In this document: positions 60,324 through 64,000 of the stretch, piece by piece
Numbering within the stretch: the stretch's first letter is position 1
Layout of the letters: every line of letters begins with the position of its first letter
Source: an uncultured Clostridium sp.
GTDB lineage: Bacteria > Bacillota > Clostridia > Oscillospirales > Oscillospiraceae
Direction of reading: 5' to 3'
DNA length: 64,000 bases
Assembly: GCA_904420465.1 (NCBI GenBank)
Contig: CAJFVL010000002.1
Location: 1,177 to 65,176 of the forward strand
Notes under the pieces: model-generated
The model's input: the letters and a program-made list of their open reading frames with translations, nothing else
Database searches by the model: none
Told to the model about the DNA's origin: nothing
Position numbers and translations under genes: made by a program

Positions 60324-60363
60324 CGCCGGCGCCGCCTGTTAGGGACAGGCGGCGCCGGCGTTT
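60324..60363. terminator. Terminator between convergent genes
   Basis: CGCCGGCGCCGCCTGT/ACAGGCGGCGCCGGCG stem. Confidence 0.75.
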
Positions 60364-60372
60364 CTCTTCTCT

Positions 60373-61332
60373 TCAGCCCTCCTCAAAGGCCCGCAGGGCA
60401 AAGAGGTTCATGTGGTCCAGAATCTCGCGGACCTCCTCCGGCTCCAGCCCGGCCCCGCTCAGGGAGAAGGTCACATGGGGGTAGTCGAAGTCGGCAAAGC
60501 ACCGGGTCTGGCCGCTCACAGTGGTGTACCACTCGATGGTGACCACCGCCCCGTCCGCCGCGGTGTAGTCCTCCACCCGGTCGATGCCCCCCAGCACGGT
60601 GAACTGGTCGCTGGACTCCCAGTTGGGGTGGAAGGTCCAGGACAGGTTGAAGGGGTCCCCCGCCGCCGTCTGGTACTCCCCCTCCAGGTAATCATAGGTA
60701 AAGACGGAAATGTCCGCTCCGCCGTTGATCCCCACCTGCTCTGCGTAATACTGGGCCCCGGGGACCGGGGTACAGTTGGCGTCCAGCCACTCCAGATCGG
60801 GGGTCCCCGCGGGCCAGAACCGCTCCAGGGCGCTGAGGCTGTCGGCCACATAGTAGGTGTCCCGGGTCAGATCATCCTCCCCGGAGAACATCAGGGTCCA
60901 GCCGTCCTCCGGCCCGCCCTCCTCATAGGCCAGGATCTGGTCCATCCGGGACATCACGTCCTCCACGTCCAGGGCCTCCGGGGCCGGGTAGTCGGACATC
61001 TCCTCGGGGGCGTAGGCGACGCCGGCGGTGTCGCTCCCCGACTCCAGGGCGGCCTGGGTCGCGGCATCAGCGGCCTCCTCCGGGTCCTCAAAGTAGTGGT
61101 TCCGGGTCTGGGTGATCACCGCCACCGCTGTCGCTCCCACGCAGGCGGTGAGAGTCAGGGCGGCGGCGGCCAGCACCAGGGCGGATTTCCACCGCCGTCC
61201 CGGGCGGCCCGCCCCATGGGGCAGCTCTTCCAGCCGTGCCTCCAGCCGCTTCTCAAAGCCCTGGGGAATGGGACAGTCCTCCTTCGCCCGCCGGCGCAGG
61301 TCCTCGTCCCAGTCATGTTCTCTGATTGCCAT
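60373..61332 (-). CDS. Putative anti-sigma factor (single TM, acidic extracytoplasmic domain)
   Basis: Overlaps the ECF gene end; short cytoplasmic N-terminus, one TM, large external domain. Confidence 0.7.
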   Translation of the reverse strand: MAIREHDWDEDLRRRAKEDCPIPQGFEKRLEARLEELPHGAGRPGRRWKSALVLAAAALTLTACVGATAVAVITQTRNHYFEDPEEAADAATQAALESGSDTAGVAYAPEEMSDYPAPEALDVEDVMSRMDQILAYEEGGPEDGWTLMFSGEDDLTRDTYYVADSLSALERFWPAGTPDLEWLDANCTPVPGAQYYAEQVGINGGADISVFTYDYLEGEYQTAAGDPFNLSWTFHPNWESSDQFTVLGGIDRVEDYTAADGAVVTIEWYTTVSGQTRCFADFDYPHVTFSLSGAGLEPEEVREILDHMNLFALRAFEEG

Positions 61333-61819
61333 ACTGCTCCTCCTCTCGCAGCATCTGCCGCAGGCGGTCCCGCCCCCGGCCCAGCCGGGACTTCACCGTC
61401 CCCTGGGCTATCCCCAGGGTGCGGGCGATCTCCGCCACCGGCATGTCCTCATAGTAGTACAGGAGGACCGCCAGCCGCTGATCCCGGGGCAGGGAACAAA
61501 CCGCCCGCCACAGGTCGGACAGCGCCTCGTCCCGCTCCGGGGCGGCCCGCTCCTCCAGGCCCTCCAGAGCCACCTCCCGGCCCGTCTTTCGCCGCTGGCC
61601 GCAGGCGCAGTTGACGCAGATCCGCAGCAGCCAGCTTTTGGCCGCCGACGGGTCACGCAGCCGGGGAAAGGACTGCCAGGCCAGCAGCACCGCCTCCCCC
61701 ACCGCGTCCTCGGCCGCCGCGTCGCTGTCCAGCAGGGCACGAGCCGCCCGGAACATGGAACGGCCGTGCTCCCGCACCAGGCGGACAAATTCCTCCCGCC
61801 GGGGGTCCTGTGTCTCCAT
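61313..61819 (-). CDS. ECF RNA polymerase sigma factor
   Basis: AEDAV.E, KSWL.RI..N (region 2) and LP..QR....LYY......EIA..LG...GTVKSRL.RGR (region 4). Confidence 0.93.
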   Translation of the reverse strand: METQDPRREEFVRLVREHGRSMFRAARALLDSDAAAEDAVGEAVLLAWQSFPRLRDPSAAKSWLLRICVNCACGQRRKTGREVALEGLEERAAPERDEALSDLWRAVCSLPRDQRLAVLLYYYEDMPVAEIARTLGIAQGTVKSRLGRGRDRLRQMLREEEQYGNQRT

Positions 61820-61870
61820 TGGGGCCTCACCTTCCTTGTCGTGTTATCTGCGGTTTGTCCGGACATATAC

Positions 61871-61898
61871 TAGATGCGCGGGAGGGGCAAACGGTTCC
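61871..61898 (-). promoter_or_regulatory. Putative autoregulatory ECF promoter
   Basis: GGAACC-16 bp-CATCTA on the minus strand upstream of the sigma gene. Confidence 0.5.
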
Positions 61899-61992
61899 CG
61901 ACTCTCCCATTATTTCTGCAAAACATCCCGGACCGCCTGCGCGGTCCGGGATGTGATACAATCCGATCCCCCCGTCCGGGTTCCCGGTCTGG

Positions 61993-63786
61993 TTATGTCC
62001 CTGCCTCGTTCCAGAGCCCCGCCGCGGCCGTCACCGCCCCGTCCACCACCGTGAATTGAATCAGGTCGGGATAGTTGGCGCTGGATGTCCCGGTGAGGAA
62101 GCTCCGCATCTCCTCCGTGGAGGTAAATCCCTCCGCCAGAGGCAGGGTGTACTGGGCGTGGTCGGAGTCCTGCCCCGATTCATTGCAGGGGTCCAGGCGC
62201 ACCGCCGCCTGTCCGTGGAGCAGCTGGGCGCCTCCCTGTCCGGCGGCATACACCGTCCCGCAGTAGCCAGAGAAGTCCAGGTCCGCCGCCGTCAGGTCCA
62301 AACGGGACGGGGCGTCCAGCTTGATCCCGATGACCGCGCCCGCGTTGGGGCCGGTATCCGCCTGGGCCAGCTCGCCGGGCAGCCCGGCCTGAGACATACC
62401 CAATGTGTAAATCTGGACCGTGGGGTTCAGAGGGTACCGCTTTCCGTCAAAGGTGTGGTACACAGAGGCGCCCTCCGCCAGGGGCAGGGTCTCCCGCTCC
62501 AGATCCCCCATCTCTTCCCAGAAGGCCTCCCGGTTGTCCCACTGCTCCGCTGTCATGGGGATATAGGTGACGGTTCCGCCCTCCCGGTCGATGCGCTCCA
62601 CCCAGGCGTAGTGGAGGAGAACCCCCTCGGAATCCCCTGTCTGGGGCGCTTGGGTGCCGGTCTGACAGGCCACCAGGGAGCCGGAGAGAACTATCCCCGC
62701 CGCCGCCAGAACGAGGACGGCCCGGCCCCTCCGCTTTGGGGTGGTATCCATCATGGCCCGGAAGCGGGCGAACACCTCCCTCCTGCCGCCGGAGAAGCCG
62801 GTGGTGAGACCGGAGCACCCCCGGTCCCTCCCGGCCATCTGGTCCAGAATGGCCCGGCCATAGGCGCGGCGGGCCTCCTCTCCCTGACCCCGGAGGAGGT
62901 CGTCATCACAGCACAGCTCCATGTCCCGCCGGGCGGCGCGCACCATAAGCCACACCAGGGGATTGAACCAGTGGAAGCACCGGGCCAGGGTGAGGAACAG
63001 CATATAGCCGGTGTCTTTCCGCTTCAAGTGGGTCAGCTCATGGTCCAGTGCCGCCTCCAGGCTCCCCTGGGGCAGAGACTCTGGAAGCAGGATCACCGGC
63101 TGGGAGAAGCCCATGAGCAGGGGGCAATGGATTTTAGGGCAGCGGTACAGCTCCGCCTCCTTGTCACAGCCCACGCGCCGCCGGGCCGCCTCCAGGGCGG
63201 CCCGGTCCCCCTCTCCCGCCGGGGTGCTCCACAGAAGCAGGCGCTTCCGGCTCCGGCGGTAGCGGATTATCACCAGGGCAAAACTGAGTATCAGTACGAC
63301 ATAATACGTCCCCATAGCCGCGCCGGTCCAGTGGACCGTGTACGTCACCTCGTCCCCCACGGTGACCTTTCGGAAGAAGTCGTTGTCCTCGATGAGCACC
63401 TCCTGCCCCGCCGCGTTCTTATAATGGACATAGTGATGGGTCCACTCCTGTTCCCCGCCCAGGATCGTCCGCGACGTCCCGCCGCCGCTGCCGCTGCCCG
63501 CCTCCTGGACCAGCTGCCAGTCCTGGGCCTGGGCGTTCACCCGGTCGTATGCGCTGTCCGCCACAGCTTGGGGCACCGAAAGCCGGATGGGAGCGGGAAC
63601 CAACTGCTCCCACACGGGCTGAAAACCGGGATATGCCGTCAGGACCACCGCCAGCACCAGCCAGACATTGCAGCGCCATTTGGGGGAATATTGTCTGGCC
63701 AGCAGGGGCCCCAGGGCCAGAAGCAGCAGAATACAGACGCTCCCGCCCAGCGTCACCTCCGCCAGGGCAGTCAGTTGGTTCAGCAT
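61993..63786 (-). CDS. BlaR1-like M56 metallopeptidase sensor with non-PBP C-terminal domain
   Basis: P...G...P.ILLP, HELTHLKR.D, HWFNPLVW and E..CD motifs. Confidence 0.9.
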   Translation of the reverse strand: MLNQLTALAEVTLGGSVCILLLLALGPLLARQYSPKWRCNVWLVLAVVLTAYPGFQPVWEQLVPAPIRLSVPQAVADSAYDRVNAQAQDWQLVQEAGSGSGGGTSRTILGGEQEWTHHYVHYKNAAGQEVLIEDNDFFRKVTVGDEVTYTVHWTGAAMGTYYVVLILSFALVIIRYRRSRKRLLLWSTPAGEGDRAALEAARRRVGCDKEAELYRCPKIHCPLLMGFSQPVILLPESLPQGSLEAALDHELTHLKRKDTGYMLFLTLARCFHWFNPLVWLMVRAARRDMELCCDDDLLRGQGEEARRAYGRAILDQMAGRDRGCSGLTTGFSGGRREVFARFRAMMDTTPKRRGRAVLVLAAAGIVLSGSLVACQTGTQAPQTGDSEGVLLHYAWVERIDREGGTVTYIPMTAEQWDNREAFWEEMGDLERETLPLAEGASVYHTFDGKRYPLNPTVQIYTLGMSQAGLPGELAQADTGPNAGAVIGIKLDAPSRLDLTAADLDFSGYCGTVYAAGQGGAQLLHGQAAVRLDPCNESGQDSDHAQYTLPLAEGFTSTEEMRSFLTGTSSANYPDLIQFTVVDGAVTAAAGLWNEAGT

Positions 63787-63787
63787 C

Positions 63788-64000
63788 TCACCTTGCCCCC
63801 CTCTCCAAAATCCGTTCCAGCTCGGCCATATCCTCCCGGCTCAGCCCTGTGTCCGGGTAGAGGGCGGCCATCAGACTGGACAGGGAACCCCCGTGCACCC
63901 GCTCCAGGAAGGAGCGGCTCTCGCTGGCCAGATAGTCCTCCCGCGCCACCAGGGGCGTGTAGCTGTTGATCCGCCCCTCCTTGCTCCCCGCCACAAAGCC
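63788..64000 (-). CDS. BlaI/MecI/CopY family repressor, C-terminal part (5' end outside window)
   Basis: GR...Y.PLV.REDY...ES.SFL.R..GGS...L...L......S.ED..EL..IL; directly upstream of the M56 gene. Confidence 0.88.
   Translation of the reverse strand, partial: GFVAGSKEGRINSYTPLVAREDYLASESRSFLERVHGGSLSSLMAALYPDTGLSREDMAELERILERGAR

Overview
GC-rich Firmicutes chromosomal window. Gene content and style suggest a spore-forming gut Clostridia/Oscillospiraceae organism (inference). No rRNA, tRNA, CRISPR, prophage or autonomous IS was seen. In order: the 5' end of thrS with a long Thr (ACC) T-box leader; a fused PlsA/PlsR-like plasmalogen synthase; and a ~16 kb folate-dependent urocanate/histidine utilisation cluster (hutU, hutI, ftcD, fchA, hutD, folD, folC, FNT channel, fhs, three regulators, an internal THF riboswitch) that lacks hutH. 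Directly next to it is an operon with two acyl-CoA dehydrogenases, a YjiH-type transporter, a family III CoA-transferase and an ETF. The rest is housekeeping and envelope genes (ilvD-like, glpK, collagen-like spore protein plus glycosyltransferase, a stand-alone Enzyme I N-terminal protein, pyk, GtrABC-like, fbp), a 220-bp MITE, an Rrf2/ACAD-ETF-rubredoxin/flavodiiron O2-defence locus and a BlaI/M56/ECF module. Best novelty candidate (inference only): a CoA-dependent imidazole-propionate/urocanate interconversion module that feeds the hutH-less hut pathway.
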